Assembly: GCF_004010195.1 (NCBI RefSeq)
Contig: NC_057756.1
Location: forward strand, 9,210,862-9,245,652
Direction of reading: 5' to 3'
DNA: 34,791 nucleotides
Origin: Chiloscyllium plagiosum
Taxonomy: Eukaryota
The notes under the pieces are model-generated. The model searched no databases and was not told where the DNA came from. It worked only from the letters and a program-made list of their open reading frames with translations. Positions 10,669 to 22,040 of this stretch are shown one piece after another. The position numbers and the translations under genes are program-made. How positions within the stretch are numbered: the first letter of the stretch is position 1; the number at the start of each line of letters is the position of its first letter.

Positions 10669-10794
10669 CTGGTACACACTGCTGTTACTGAGCGTCGGTG
10701 GGGGAGGGAGGGGATGGTACACACTGCTGTTACTGAGCGTCGGTGGGGGAGGGAGGGGATGGTATACACTGCTGTTACTGAGCGTCGGTGGGGG
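10669..10794. repeat. 45-bp G-rich minisatellite (second locus, runs into gap)
   Basis: Unit 'ggtacacactgctgttactgagcgtcggtgggggagggaggggat', related to the 6052 array. Confidence 0.9.
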
Positions 10795-10852
10795 NNNNNN
10801 NNNNNNNNNNNNNNNNNNNNNNNNNNNNNNNNNNNNNNNNNNNNNNNNNNNN

Positions 10853-11097
10853 CCAGCCTCCTGCTTGTCCCTCCTGATGCTGCCTGGCTTGCTGTGTTCT
10901 CCCAGCCTCCTGCCTGTCCCTCCTGTTGCTGCCTGCCTTGCTGTGTTCCTCCTGCCTGTCCCTCCTGATGCTGCCTGCCTTGCTGTGTTCCCCCAGCCTC
11001 CTGCCTGTCCCTCCTGATGCTGCCTGCCTTGCTGTGTTCCCCCAGCCTCCTGCCTGTCCCTCCTGATGCTGCCTGCCTTGCTGTGTTCCCCCAGCCT
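10853..11097. repeat. 49-bp minisatellite, about 5 copies
   Basis: Unit CCAGCCTCCTGCCTGTCCCTCCTGATGCTGCCTGCCTTGCTGTGTTCCC at 10853, 10902, 10993, 11042 (one shortened unit in between). Confidence 0.9.
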
Positions 11098-11669
11098 GGA
11101 AAGTGGTTGGACACGAAACATTGTACGGTTTTGAGAAGGAGGTGGATAACACTTGGGGCTGGAGGCATTGGAGGTAAAGTGGAAACTAGAGTTTAGATCA
11201 GTGTGTTGCTGGAAAAGCACAGCAGGTCAGGCAGCATCCGAGGAGCAGGAAAATCAACGTTTCGGCCAAAAGTGGGAGCAGCCTATTGAGTTGAATAGTC
11301 AGAACGAATGGTGGGACAGGTTCGAAGGGCTGAGTGGACTCCCCTAGCTCCTGTTTTCCATATCAATCCGATAAAGTCCCTTTTAGCTTTTAATACATTG
11401 GAGTCGCAATAATAATAAGGTTGTAAAGAATGAGGCACAGTTCCAAACATAAAGCTGAGTTATTAGATTTCCCAACACTGCGTTAGCATGAGGCAGCAGC
11501 AGGCTGTAATAAATCTACCTCCCTGACATTATCCAATTCACAAGGCTTTGTGATGGTTATTAATGCAGTAAATTCATATTACAGTCAGTTTCAACCTCTG
11601 CCTAACTCCAGCGAGGCTGTGGTATCTCTGAATGTGGATGGGCTGTAATATTGTTCTGTTTTGATATTG

Positions 11670-14290
11670 AAACATAGAGGATAGTGAGAGGAGGAGGCCA
11701 TTCAGCCCTGCTCCCCCATCCATCACCATCATGGCTGACCGTCCAACCCAACAGCCTCATCCTGCTTTCTCCCTGTAACCTTTGACCCCATTCGCCCCCA
11801 CGTGCTGTATCTAGCTGCCTCTTGACCATATTCACTGTTTTGATCACCTCCTTCCTGTGGGAATGAATCCCACAGACTCCCCACTCTCTGGGTGAAGAAA
11901 TGTCTCCTCATCTCTGTCCTAAATGGCCCACCCCGAATTCTCAGAGTGTGACCCCCCCCCCACCCGCCCCGGATCTGGACCCACCCACCATCAGGAACCT
12001 CCTCCCTGCATCTACCCTGTCCCGTCCTGTTAGCATTTTATAAGCCTCTATGAGATCCCCCCTCCCCCTCACCCGTCTGAACTCCAGTGAAAACAATCCT
12101 AACCTGGTCAATCTCTCCCCGTACGTCAGTCCCGCCATCCCCGGAACCATCCTGAGTAAACCCTCGCTGCACTCCCTCGGGAGCAAGGGTATCCTTCCTC
12201 CGAAAAGGAGACCAAACCTGCCCACAATACTCTCGGTGGGGCCTCCCCAAGGCCCTGTATAACTGCAACAACACCCCCCCTGCTCCTGGACTCGAAACCT
12301 CTCACAGTGAAGGCCAACAAACCATTTCCCTGCTGTAGCGCCTGCTGCCCCTGCACACCTACCTTCAGCGACTGGTACACCCAGGTCCCTCTGCACGTCC
12401 CCCTCTCCCATTGTACACCCATTCAGGTGGTAATCTTGTTTTTTTATTCCAAAGTGAATAACCCCTTGTTCAAGAAGGGGAGTAGAGCCAACCCTGGTAA
12501 TTATAGACCAGTGAGCCTTACTTCGGTTGTGGGTAAGGTATTGGAAAAGGTTATAAGAGATAGGATTTATAATAATCAAGAGAGGAATAAGTTGATTAGG
12601 GATAGTCAACACGGTTTTGTGAAGGGGTAGGTCGTGCCTCACAAACCTTACTGAGTTCTTTGAGAAGGTGACCAAACAGGTGGATGAGGGTAAAGCAGTC
12701 GATGTGGTGTATATGGATTTCAGTAAGGTGTTTGATAAGGTTCCCCATGGTAGGCTATTGCACAAAACACAGAGGTATGGGATTGAGGGTGATTTAGTGG
12801 TTTGGCTCAGAAATTGGCGAGCTGAAAGAAGACAGAGGGTGTGGTTGATGGGAAATTTCACTCTGGAGTTCAGTTACTCGTGGGGTACCGCAAGGATCTG
12901 TTTTGGGGCCACTGCTGTTTGTCGTTTTTATAAATGATCTGGATGAGGGCGTAGAAGAATGGGTTGGTAAACTTGCAGATGACACTAAGGTCGGTGGAGT
13001 TTGGATAGTGCCAAAGGTTACAGAGGGACATAGATAAGCTGCAGAGCTGGGCTGAGTGGTGGGAAATGGAGTTTAAAGTGGACAAATGTGAGATGATTCA
13101 CTTTGGAAGGAGAAACAGGAATGCAGACTACTGGGCTAATGGGAAGATTCTTGGTAGTGTGGATGAGCGAGCGATCTTGGTGTCCAGGTACATAGATCCC
13201 TGACTGTTCCCACCCAGGTTGATAGGGTTGTTAAGAAGGCATATAGTGTGTTAGCTTTTATTGGTTAAGGGATTGAGTTCCGGAGCCATAAGGCCATGCT
13301 GCAGCTGTACAGGACTCTGGTGCGGCCGCACTTGGAGTATTGTGTACAGTTCTGATTAGATTACATTACAGTGTGGAAACAGGCCCTTCGGCCCAACAAG
13401 TCCACACCAACCCGCCGAGAGAGAAGAAGGTTGAGAGGTGACTTAATTGAGACATATAAGATAATCAGAGGGTTAGATCGGATGAAAGCCTTTTTCCTCG
13501 GATGGTGATGGCTAGCACGAGGAGATATGGCTTTAAATTGAGGGGTGATAGATATAGGACAGATGTCAGAGGTAGTTTCTTTACTCAGAGAGTAGTAGGG
13601 ACATTGAACGAACTGCCTGCAGCAGAGGTAGACTCGCCAACTTTAAGGGCATTTAACTGGTTACTGATAGGCATATGGATGAAAATGGAATAGTGTAGGT
13701 TAGATGGGCTTCAGATTGGTTCCACAGGTTGGCGCAACATCGAGGGCCAAAGGGCCTGTACTGCGCTGTAATGTTCTATGTTCCATTTATCCAAATTATA
13801 CTGCATCTGCCATTGATTTGCCCACTCACCCAACCTGTCCATTTCATGATGGACGATCTCTGCATCCTCATCATAGTTCGCCCTCCCATCCAACTTAGTA
13901 TCATCTGTAAACATTTGAGATGTTGCATTTTGTTCCCTATATCTAAATCATTAATGTATATTGTGAAAGTCTAGGGTCCCAGCACCAATCCCTGTGGCAC
14001 CCCACCAGTTACTGCCTGCCAATTTGAAAAGGGCACCATTAATTCCTACCCTTTGTTTCCTCTCTGCCAAACAGTTTTCTCTCCATCTCAGTTCACCTCC
14101 CCCAATCCCATGCGCTTCAATCTTGCACAATAATCTCTTAAGTGGGAGTTTGTCAAGTGTGTTCTGAAACTCGAAATATACCACATCGACTGGCTCCCCC
14201 TTGTCAACTCTCCTCATAGAATTCCAACAGATTGATTTCCCCTTCATAAATCCATGCTGACTCTGTCTGACCCTGCCACTGCTTCCTAAA
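11670..14290 (-). mobile_element. Older CR1 LINE (RT to 3' end), split by a younger + strand CR1
   Basis: SQHGFMKGKS..VDKGEPVDVVYFEF..MFTDDTKL..QWQMQYNLDK at 13783-14290 continues as VIHFG..LLQLYRALGRPH..LGLFSLE..FFTQRV at 11670-12460. Confidence 0.88.
12460..13782 (+). mobile_element. CR1 LINE ORF2 (RT domain to 3' tail), frameshifted
   Basis: PLFKKGSRANPGNYRPVSLTSVVGKVLE..SQHGFVKG, VDVVYMDFSKVFDKVPH, GVPQGSVLGP, KLADDTK; ends 'atgttctatgttc'; SINE-tail insert at about 13353-13420. Confidence 0.95.
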
Positions 14291-14610
14291 CTCCCCGCTA
14301 TGAAGTGAAGTCCATTTGAGACTGCGTCTGTACCACCGATTAAACATCTCACCATGATCAGCAACTACCCCTCAGTCTGAGGGTAACCTGTCCGTTGGGT
14401 GCATCTTGCTGCAGTAATCAAACAGGCTTATCCACGTCCCAAAGACCTGTGACCATCGGGGTATCCTGATGCGCCTCGGCACATACTCCAGGAATTCCGT
14501 ATCCTGTTCTCAAAAACCTTGAACCCCACCGAAAACATGGACTGACCCTCAGCCCTGGCAGCCTAATCTTTGCTGCCAACTGCACGTCATTTATTTCAAC
14601 AGAACCCAAG

Positions 14611-14882
14611 GCTTGCACTTTCTGCTGCTGGTAATTTAATTTCTCTGGATGTTTGACACTCTTAGTGCCCTGCAGCTGTATCAAAACACAGTGGCAGGTA
14701 ATAAATGAATGGCTGTTTATGAAAAGGAAATATTATCAATTGCAGAGTGTTCATTCAAACAAGACCTCCCGCTTTCAGGTGCTTACAGTTTCTGCTGTTG
14801 GTACTTTAATTTCACTGGATGTTTGACACTTCAATTGCTCTGTAGCAGTTTCAAAACACAGTGCCAGGTAATAAAGGAATGG
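14611..14882. repeat. Ungapped 102-bp direct duplication in otherwise unique sequence
   Basis: 14611-14712 versus 14781-14882: 87/102 identical by hand count, no indels. Confidence 0.9.
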
Positions 14883-15621
14883 TGTAAAATGAAGTATGAG
14901 GTTTGCAAAGGCATATATTGGCACAGGGCGCAGAGGGACTATGGGGGTGTGGGTGGGGGTGGCATAGATTGCCGTAGAGGGCATCAGGGGCCAGGGGACA
15001 GTGGGCTGTCAGCATAGCCTAGAACGCAGAGGCAGGGATGCATGAGGTCAGGATGGGGCATAGGAAGATTCCAGTGTTAAGTGAGACGGGGGGGTGAAGG
15101 GTCAGAATTGAAAGGTCTTACATACCAGGAGGGGACATCAACTCTGACTCCTGTCCTGGGTCAAACGTCATGGTTGCAGACACCTCAAACCCCTCCCTGT
15201 CACACCCTCCTGTCCCAACGCCTCCACAAACGTAACCCCCACCTCTACGGGTAATTTCTCTCACTCTTGGGGGTCAGAGGTGTTTCTGAATCCTGCTTGG
15301 TGCCTCAGGGATGATCAGTCAGATCCCAGTCCATTGGGAACACGCAGCCCCTCTGCATTTCGAGAGGGGATAGCTTTTCGACTCTGTATGGCCCAGGGTT
15401 ATGAATATAATACAGCTCGAGGAGATGGGAAACAGCAGCAAAACTGATCAATTTCTCGGGGGACACAGTAAATCCAATTGTATCACACTGAAACATCTGC
15501 TATGAAATCTAGCGCAGCAACAGACAGCGTTGGAAACAGAGATATTAAATCTCAGAGTCAACCAAACTCCGACACAACAGAAGGCAATGTCTCAGGCTGG
15601 TCCGATTATAACATTGTGGCG

Positions 15622-15795
15622 GACCCTCTGACAGTGCGGTGCTCCCTCAGCACTGACCCTCCGACAGTGCGGCACTCCCCCAGCACTGACTCTCCGACAG
15701 TGCGGCCCTCCCCCAGCACTGACTCTCCGACAGTGCGGCCCTCCCTCAGTACTGACTCTCCGACAGTGCGGCGCTCCCTCAGCACTGACTGTCAG
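15622..15795. repeat. 33-bp minisatellite, about 5 copies, reverse orientation
   Basis: 'cagcactgac(c/t)ctccgacagtgcgg' units. Confidence 0.95.
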
Positions 15796-16103
15796 AGAAA
15801 GCAGCAATCACTCGGAGTTAGTAAACAGACCCATTTCCAAACACAAACTAATTAAAGACTGGAAGCCCTTTGCTGGCTGTTTGTGAATTGAGCACATGGA
15901 GCGGTGTTACTCGCTAAAGGGGACTGAAAACATGGACATTGTGAGGATGTGTCCTCGTGTCCGGCAATCTGGAACAAAGGGTCATTGCCCTGGGATAAGG
16001 GAGAAACAGAATTAAAGCAGGGATGTGGAGGGAGGCTCTCTCTGAAAGGATTCACTTCGCCAGAGTGCCGCTGGGACACTGAGTAACTTTGAAGTGGCAT
16101 GTT

Positions 16104-16525
16104 CGGCAGGGTGGCTCAGAGGTTAGCACTGCTGCCTCACGGCGCCAGGGACCCGGGTTCGATTCCAGCCTCGGGCGACTGTCTGTGTGGAGTTTGCACA
16201 TTCTCCCCGTGTCTGCGTGGGTTTCCTCCGGGTGCTCCGGTTTCCTCCCACAGTCAAAAGGTGTGCAGGTCAGGGTGGATTGGCCATGCTACATTGTCCC
16301 ATAGTGTCCAGGTTAGGGTGGATTGGCCATGCTACATTGTCCCATCGTGTCCAGGTTAGGGTGGATTGGCCATGCTACATTGTCCCATAGTGTCCAGGAC
16401 AGGTTGGATTGACCATGCGAAATATAGGGAGAAAAAGTCGGGGTGTGGGTCTGGGTGGGATGCTCTTGGGAGGGACAGTGTGGACCCAATGGGCCGAATG
16501 GCCTGTTTCCGCACCCTGAGGATGC
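16104..16525 (+). mobile_element. HE1-like SINE with internal 43-bp tandem amplification
   Basis: A/B boxes (gtggctcagagg, ggttcgattcc); 'tggccatgct' at 16281, 16324 and 16367. Confidence 0.9.
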
Positions 16526-16655
16526 TAAGAGTGAGAGATGTTTACATTGCAAAGGGTTATGGGAAGGGTAGGAGAGTGGGCCTGAGGCCATGATGGTGTT
16601 GAATGACCCGTTCTCATTCCTGCATTGTTGTACCCACCAGGGGAACGCCACTTAC

Positions 16656-16802
16656 CCCGTGTGCCATTGAAGAACAGGGTTTGGCGATATGGGTTTTGGA
16701 TCACCACAATCGAGCCATCGTAACTGTGTAGTTTACAGGTAATCTCGGCAGTGTCTCCTTCCATCACGGTCACATTCTCTGCCTGAACCACCTGGGTCTT
16801 TA
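16656..16802 (-). CDS. CADM4: Cell adhesion molecule 4 (nectin-like 4/SynCAM4), exon encoding the first half of the Ig-V domain
   Basis: Acceptor ctctctgtttctccccgacAG, donor G|GTAAG, 147 bp, phase 1-1; xKTQVVQAENVTVMEGDTAEITCKLHSYDGSIVVIQNPYRQTLFFNGTR closely matches the remembered human CADM4 QEVQTENVTVAEGGVAEITCRLHQYDGSIVVIQNPARQTLFFNGTR. Confidence 0.95.
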
Positions 16803-17469
16803 CTGTCGGGGAGAAACAGAGAGAGATGTCAGAGTACAACCATGCTTTCAGACTCCTATTCCAACCACATGCACCCAACCCAACTCAAAACCCCTTCGCC
16901 GCCAAAGGAACAAGGGCACAGCAAGATCNNNNNNNNNNNNNNNNNNNNNNNNNNNNNNNNNNNNNNNNNNNNNNNNNNNNNNNNNNNNNNNNNNNNNNNN
17001 NNNNNNNNNNNNNNNNNNNNNNNNNNNNNNNNNNNNNNNNNNNNNNNNNNNNNNNNNNNNNNNNNNNNNNNNNNNNNNNNNNNNNNNNNNNNNNNNNNNN
17101 NNNNNNNNNNNNNNNNNNNNNNNNNNNNNNNNNNNNNNNNNNNNNNNNNNNNNNNNNNNNNNNNNNNNNNNNNNNNNNNNNNNNNNNNNNNNNNNNNNNN
17201 NNNNNNNNNNNNNNNNNNNNNNNNNNNNNNNNNNNNNNNNNNNNNNNNNNNNNNNNNNNNNNNNNNNNNNNNNNNNNNNNNNNNNNNNNNNNNNNNNNNN
17301 NNNNNNNNNNNNNNNNNNNNNNNNNNNNNNNNNNNNNNNNNNNNNNNNNNNNNNNNNNNNNNNNNNNNNNNNNNNNNNNNNNNNNNNNNNNNNNNNNNNN
17401 NNNNNNNNNNNNNNNNNNNNNNNNNNNNCTACTTGTTTGCCTACTTGTCCTATATAGTAAAGCAGCACT

Positions 17470-18585
17470 TGGATATTCTCCACTCCCGGCACCTTCCCCT
17501 GCAACCGCAAGAAATGCAAAACTTGCGCCCACACCTCCAAGGCCTCAAGGGACACTTCCATATCCGCCACAAATTCACCTGCACCTCCACACACATCATC
17601 TATTGCATCCGCTGCACCCGATGTGGCCTCCTCTATATTGGGGAGACAGGCCGCCTACTTGCGGNNNNNNNNNNNNNNNNNNNNNNNNNNNNNNNNNNNN
17701 NNNNNNNNNNNNNNNNNNNNNNNNNNNNNNNNNNNNNNNNNNNNNNNNNNNNNNNNNNNNNNNNNNNNNNNNNNNNNNNNNNNNNNNNNNNNNNNNNNNN
17801 NNNNNNNNNNNNNNNNNNNNNNNNNNNNNNNNNNNNNNNNNNNNNNNNNNNNNNNNNNNNNNNNNNNNNNNNNNNNNNNNNNNNNNNNNNNNNNNNNNNN
17901 NNNNNNNNNNNNNNNNNNNNNNNNNNNNNNNNNNNNNNNNNNNNNNNNNNNNNNNNNNNNNNNNNNNNNNNNNNNNNNNNNNNNNNNNNNNNNNNNNNNN
18001 NNNNNNNNNNNNNNNNNNNNNNNNNNNNNNNNNNNNNNNNNNNNNNNNNNNNNNNNNNNNNNNNNNNNNNNNNNNNNNNNNNNNNNNNNNNNNNNAACCA
18101 ACCCAACCACCCCGTGGCTCAACACTTCAACTCCCCCTCCCACTCCACCAAGGACATGCAGGTCTTTGGATTCCTCCATCGCCAGACCATGGCAACACGA
18201 CAGTTGGAGGAAGAGCGTCTCATCTTCTGCCTGGGAACCCTCCAACCACAAGGGATGAACTCAGATTTCTCCAGTTTCCTCATTTCCCCTTCCCCCACCT
18301 TGTCTCAGTCAAATTCATCGAAATCAGCACCGCCTTCCTAACCTGCAATCTTCTTCTTGACCTCTCCGCCCCCACCCCACTCCGGCCTATCATCCTCACC
18401 TTGACCTCCCTCCACCTATCGCAATTCCAACGCTCCTCCCCCAAGTCCCTCCTCCCTACCTTTTATCTTAGTCTGTTGGACACACTTTCCTCATTCCTGA
18501 AGAAGGGATTATGCGCGAAACGTCGATTCTCCTGTTCCTTGGATGCTGCCTGACCTGCTGCACTTTTCCAGCAACACATTTTCAG
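17470..18585 (+). mobile_element. Penelope-like element 3' part: GIY-YIG endonuclease plus pLTR with decayed hammerhead
   Basis: FTCTSTHIIYCIRCTRCGLLYIGETGR...HPVAQHFNSPSHS..RQLEEERLIFCLGTLQPQGMN; CTGAAGAAGGGATTATGCGCGAAACGTC at 18497-18524. Confidence 0.92.
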
Positions 18586-18651
18586 CACTTGGATATTCCA
18601 CTTGTATTGCACCAGCTTCCAGTGCTCTGGAATATGGGATTAGTGTAGTCA

Positions 18652-18950
18652 GGTCATAGAGATGTACAGCATGGAAACAGACCCTTCAGTCCAACCCGTC
18701 CATGCCGACCAGATATCCCAACCCAACCTAGTCCCACCTGCCAGCATCTGGCACATATCCCTCCAAACCCTTCCTATTCATATACCCATCCAAATGCCTC
18801 TTAAATGTTGCAATTGTACCAGCCTACACCTCTTCCTCTGGCAGCTCATTCCATACACGTACCACCCTCTGGGTGAAAATGTTGCCCCTTAGGTCTCTTT
18901 TATATCTTTCCCCTCTCACCCTAAACCTATGCCCTCTAGTTCTGGACTAC
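18652..18950 (-). mobile_element. CR1/HER1-like LINE 3' end
   Basis: Near-identical to 4052-4360. Confidence 0.92.
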
Positions 18951-19235
18951 CGGTGATAAGGCAACGGGCTGAAATTCTGCGGTGTGACCATCTACAAATG
19001 TAATCTTCCTTGTGTAAGGGGGATGAAAAGACAACACATTGCTCCATGTGTAATCTCACTAATGTCGATCTAGATTCTACATGACCTCACCATCATCGAC
19101 AGTGTCTGTTCAGTTTCGGTAGTTCTGCCTTTTCGGTTTCTAAAGCCTCAAGTTTCATTTATGTATGTCAGATTTCCATTCAGTAACAGTTGCAAGCTCT
19201 TGAATTTTCCAGCTCTCTGTTTGATGAGATTTTTT

Positions 19236-19495
19236 TTTAATATTCCCTACAGTGTGGAAACAGTCCCTTCAGCCCAATCAGTCCACACTGACCCTCCAAA
19301 GAGTAACCCACCCAGACCCATTTCACTCTAAGCAATGCACCTAAAACTATAGGCAATTTCCCATGGCCATTTCACCCTAACCTGCACATCTTTGGACTGT
19401 GGGAGGAAACCGGAGCACCCGGAGGAAAACCCACGCAGACACGGGGAGAATGTGCAAACTCCACACAGTCGCCCGAGGCTGGAATCAAACCACTG
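19236..19495 (-). mobile_element. HE1-like SINE, head truncated
   Basis: V-domain 'ggactgtgggaggaaaccggagcacccggagg' and LINE-like tail. Confidence 0.88.
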
Positions 19496-20311
19496 CTGCT
19501 GTTTGGTTAAGTTACATTATGTCTGCCAGGTATCCTTCATTCCTTTAGTCAATTGGAATGAAAACTGAACACTTAACTTGCTCTCAGAACTAATTAAATA
19601 TCTGCTTCCCAGTGCTGTGTTGGCTGAATCCTGTTACCACAACCTGCTACGTAGCCTTAGCATTTACAAAACATGGGGAACTGGAATATAAGAACAGTAG
19701 GAGGCCATTCAGCCCCTCAAGTCTGCTTCAGGATTTGGGTTGATCTTTTTTGAATTGAATGATCCATTGTCAACAATACAGTGAAGAGCCGCATATCCCT
19801 AACGTGTTCAGCTAACAAAACTCTACCAATCGCATCAATTGTGATGATTGATTCAGCGTCAGATGCCAGTTGAAGGGGAGACTTCTGTCTTTTCCCAGCC
19901 TATCTGTCTTGAAACAATTCTAATTTCTCTTCTGAAAGATCTGACTCAAATTGTTAGCCTCAGGCCCAGACCTTCCATGCATGGTGCTCAGAACCCAGCA
20001 TCTGAACGAATCAACCCTTCCACCAATTTTCTTTTATTCAGTTATGCGACAAAGGCTGGGCCCAGTATTTGCCGCCCTCTGTCCCTAGTTGCCCCCCCTT
20101 GAGAAGGTGGGGGTGAGCTGCCTTCTTGAACCGCTGCAGTCCATGTGCTGTGGGTAGACCCACAATGCCCCTGAGGGAGGGAATTCCAGGTTTTCTGACC
20201 CAGCCAAACTGAAGGAACGGCGATGTATTTCCAAGTTAGGATGGGAAAGGGCTCAGAGGGGAACTTGAAGGGGTGGTGGTGTTCCTATGTATCTGCTGCC
20301 CTTATTCTTTC

Positions 20312-20730
20312 ATGATTTGGAGATGCCGGTGTTGGACTGGGGTGTACAAAGTTAGAAATCACACAACACCAGGTTATAGTCCAACAGGTTTAATTGGAAG
20401 CACTAGCTTTTGGCGTGCTGTTCCTTCAGCAGGTGATTTGTGGGCGGCACGGTGGCACGTGGGTTTCCTCCGGGTGCTCCGGTTTCCTCCCACAGTCCAA
20501 AGATGTGCAGGTCAGGTGAATTGGCCATTTTAGGTAAAGGGGTAAATGTAGGGGAATGGGTGAGTTGCGCTTCGGCGGGTCGGTGTGGACCTGTTGGGCC
20601 GAAGGGCCTGTTTCCACACTGTAAGTAATCTAATCTAAAAAAAATGCGATGAAGGAACAGCAGTCCAAAAGCTAGTACTTCCAAATGAGCGTGTTGGATT
20701 ATAACCTGGTGTTGTGTGATTTCTAACTTT
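20312..20730. mobile_element. Palindromic Penelope-derived element with an HE1-like SINE (20441-20637, +) inserted in its spacer
   Basis: Left arm about 20350-20428 and right arm about 20651-20729 are reverse complements; an internally deleted SINE with (TCTAA)n tail lies between them. Confidence 0.85.
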
Positions 20731-21059
20731 TCCTTTCAGGCTGACATCCTGACCAGAACTCAGAGGTTGGGTGGGGCTCAAATTGCATTGATTGCCAGGA
20801 TTCTCCACCCACAAACAGTGGGGAAACTTGAACCCAGAATATATTGAAGAGGAGAGGTCGAGAAATCTCTGCGGAGGGAGAATCTGAAACAGCCCGGGGG
20901 GGGGAAGAGAGCTAACAACAACAATGAACTGAGTGTGTATATAGCACTTGTGAATGTAATAAAACACTGCAGCACTCCAATGGGAGCAATTATCAAACAA
21001 AACTTGACAGCAGGCCAGCCAGGGTAATGACGGGACAAACAAACAAACAAAAGCTCATT

Positions 21060-21700
21060 CAAGGCTCTGGAAAGCAGAGGGTGAGAATGAGAGGAGAAGG
21101 AGGAGGAGGAGGGAGATGTAGGTGGAAATTCCAGAGATAAGGCCAGGGCTGTCAGTGGTGAGGGCTGGGAATCAGGAATGCTAATGGACAGCCCAGAAAC
21201 GGAGCGTCGACGAGTTATCAGAGGCAAGAAGGTGGAGTGGAGGAGGTTACACAGGTTGTGGGGGTTGTTATGGAGATGTTTAAAACTAATGAAACTTTTA
21301 TGCAGAGGCTTTGCTCAGGTGAGTTTGAGTGGGGCTAGTGAGCTCAGAAATGAACCGAGGCTTGGTGAATGCCAGGAGATAGCGAGCAGAGTACTGAATG
21401 GGTTTATGTTTACAGGAGGTTGGGCAACAGTGTGTCAAGTAAGCTGAGAGAGGAGGGAACAAAGACTTGGGTAAGTTTCCAGTTGGGTTCAAGCTGAGCA
21501 GATCAGAGCAAGTTGATGCCCTGGTGATTTTAATAGTGAACTGGGTATGTGGTCATAAACTCATCACTGTGCCAATGAAGACACGAAAGTGGGCTGGAGT
21601 TTAGCTCAGTCAGACAGCAGAAGGGAAGATCTCTGGTGGAGAGCTAGCATGATCATTGAGGGCAACATAGCTCAGTCCCTGCTCTACCAAAACCCCTATA
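21060..21700 (-). mobile_element. Old L2-like LINE fragment
   Basis: Degenerate purine-rich 'ggaaattccagagataaggcc...' pattern typical of antisense L2 3' regions; recognised by pattern only. Confidence 0.4.
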
Positions 21701-21742
21701 TCTGAGGAGCTTTAACAGTGTGGCTGACATTCAGAGGCAATC

Positions 21743-22040
21743 AGGCGGAACAGTGGTTAGCACTGTCGCCTCACAGTGCCAGGGTTCGATTCCATCCTTG
21801 GGCGACTGTCTGTGTGGTGTTCACACATTCTCCCCTGCGTGGATTTCCTCCCACAGGTTAGGGTGAATTGACGTGCTAAATAGTCCAGAGTGTTCAGGTA
21901 TGTGTAGGTTAGGTGAGTTAGTCAGGGGGATAAATGTAGAAGTAATAGGGAATGGGTCTGGGTGGGTTACTCTTCAGAGGGTTGGTGTGGACTTGTTGGG
22001 CCGAATGGCCAGTTTCCACACTGTCAGGATTCTATTCTAT
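21743..22040 (+). mobile_element. HE1-like SINE with internal deletions
   Basis: 'cagtggttagcactgtcgcctcacagtgccagggttcgattcc' head; tail 'ggccgaatggccagtttccacactg'. Confidence 0.85.

Noticed and set aside
11941..12861. 306-aa ORF
   Set aside because: Chimera of antisense CR1 sequence and a frameshifted older CR1.
16826..18553. Long ORFs of 157-575 aa
   Set aside because: They run through N gaps; only the GIY-YIG fragment is meaningful. The same applies to 26381-27427.
19085..19145. Minus-strand ATG|GTGAGG donor as a possible CADM4 first exon
   Set aside because: The phase-1 frame has a stop just upstream and no hydrophobic signal peptide.
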